The position numbers and the translations under genes are program-made. A stretch of DNA of 54,623 nucleotides from a virus (Duplodnaviria; Caudoviricetes), in the IMG/VR virus record IMGVR_UViG_3300037882_002110, positions 1-54,623 of that record, one strand, 5' to 3'. This document shows positions 54,582 to 54,623 of this stretch, piece after piece (position 1 is the first letter of the stretch; the number at the start of each line of letters is the position of its first letter). A model generated the notes under the pieces. It did no database searches, was not told the DNA's origin, and was given only the letters and a program-made list of their open reading frames with translations.

Positions 54582-54623
54582 CGGGTCTTGAGCGAAGCTA
54601 GATTTGGTTCCTTCCAGGGCAAT

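Noticed and set aside
1-54623. Alternative genetic code (stop codon reassignment)
   Set aside because: Core genes are full length under the standard code and end in TAA, TGA and TAG

Overview
A 54.6-kb segment of a large, probably lytic, dsDNA bacteriophage. No capsid, terminase or integrase is recognisable in the window. From left to right: (1) a + strand block with a UDP-glucose dehydrogenase, a small beta-barrel-like exported protein, a cellulose-synthase-like GT2, holin-like genes and a tail-collar protein; (2) a - strand block (5.2-37.8 kb) with small genes behind five sigma-28-like promoters, lysis enzymes, nucleotide metabolism (dNMP kinase, ThyX, PurZ-like synthetase, adenosine deaminase, HNH-dUTPase) and a replication/recombination module (sigma factor, PolA, helicase, primase, UvsW, RecA, SSB, resolvase, Rad50/Mre11-like); (3) a + strand block of small accessory genes ending in a complete tmRNA and a candidate novel structured RNA. 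The best lead is a PurZ (2-aminoadenine, Z-DNA) gene with no recognisable DatZ/MazZ in the window but with an adenosine-deaminase-family gene inside the replisome operon. This suggests a possibly new route for excluding adenine. Several features hint at a Bdellovibrionota-like host (inference). All calls come from reading motifs by eye; no searches were run.
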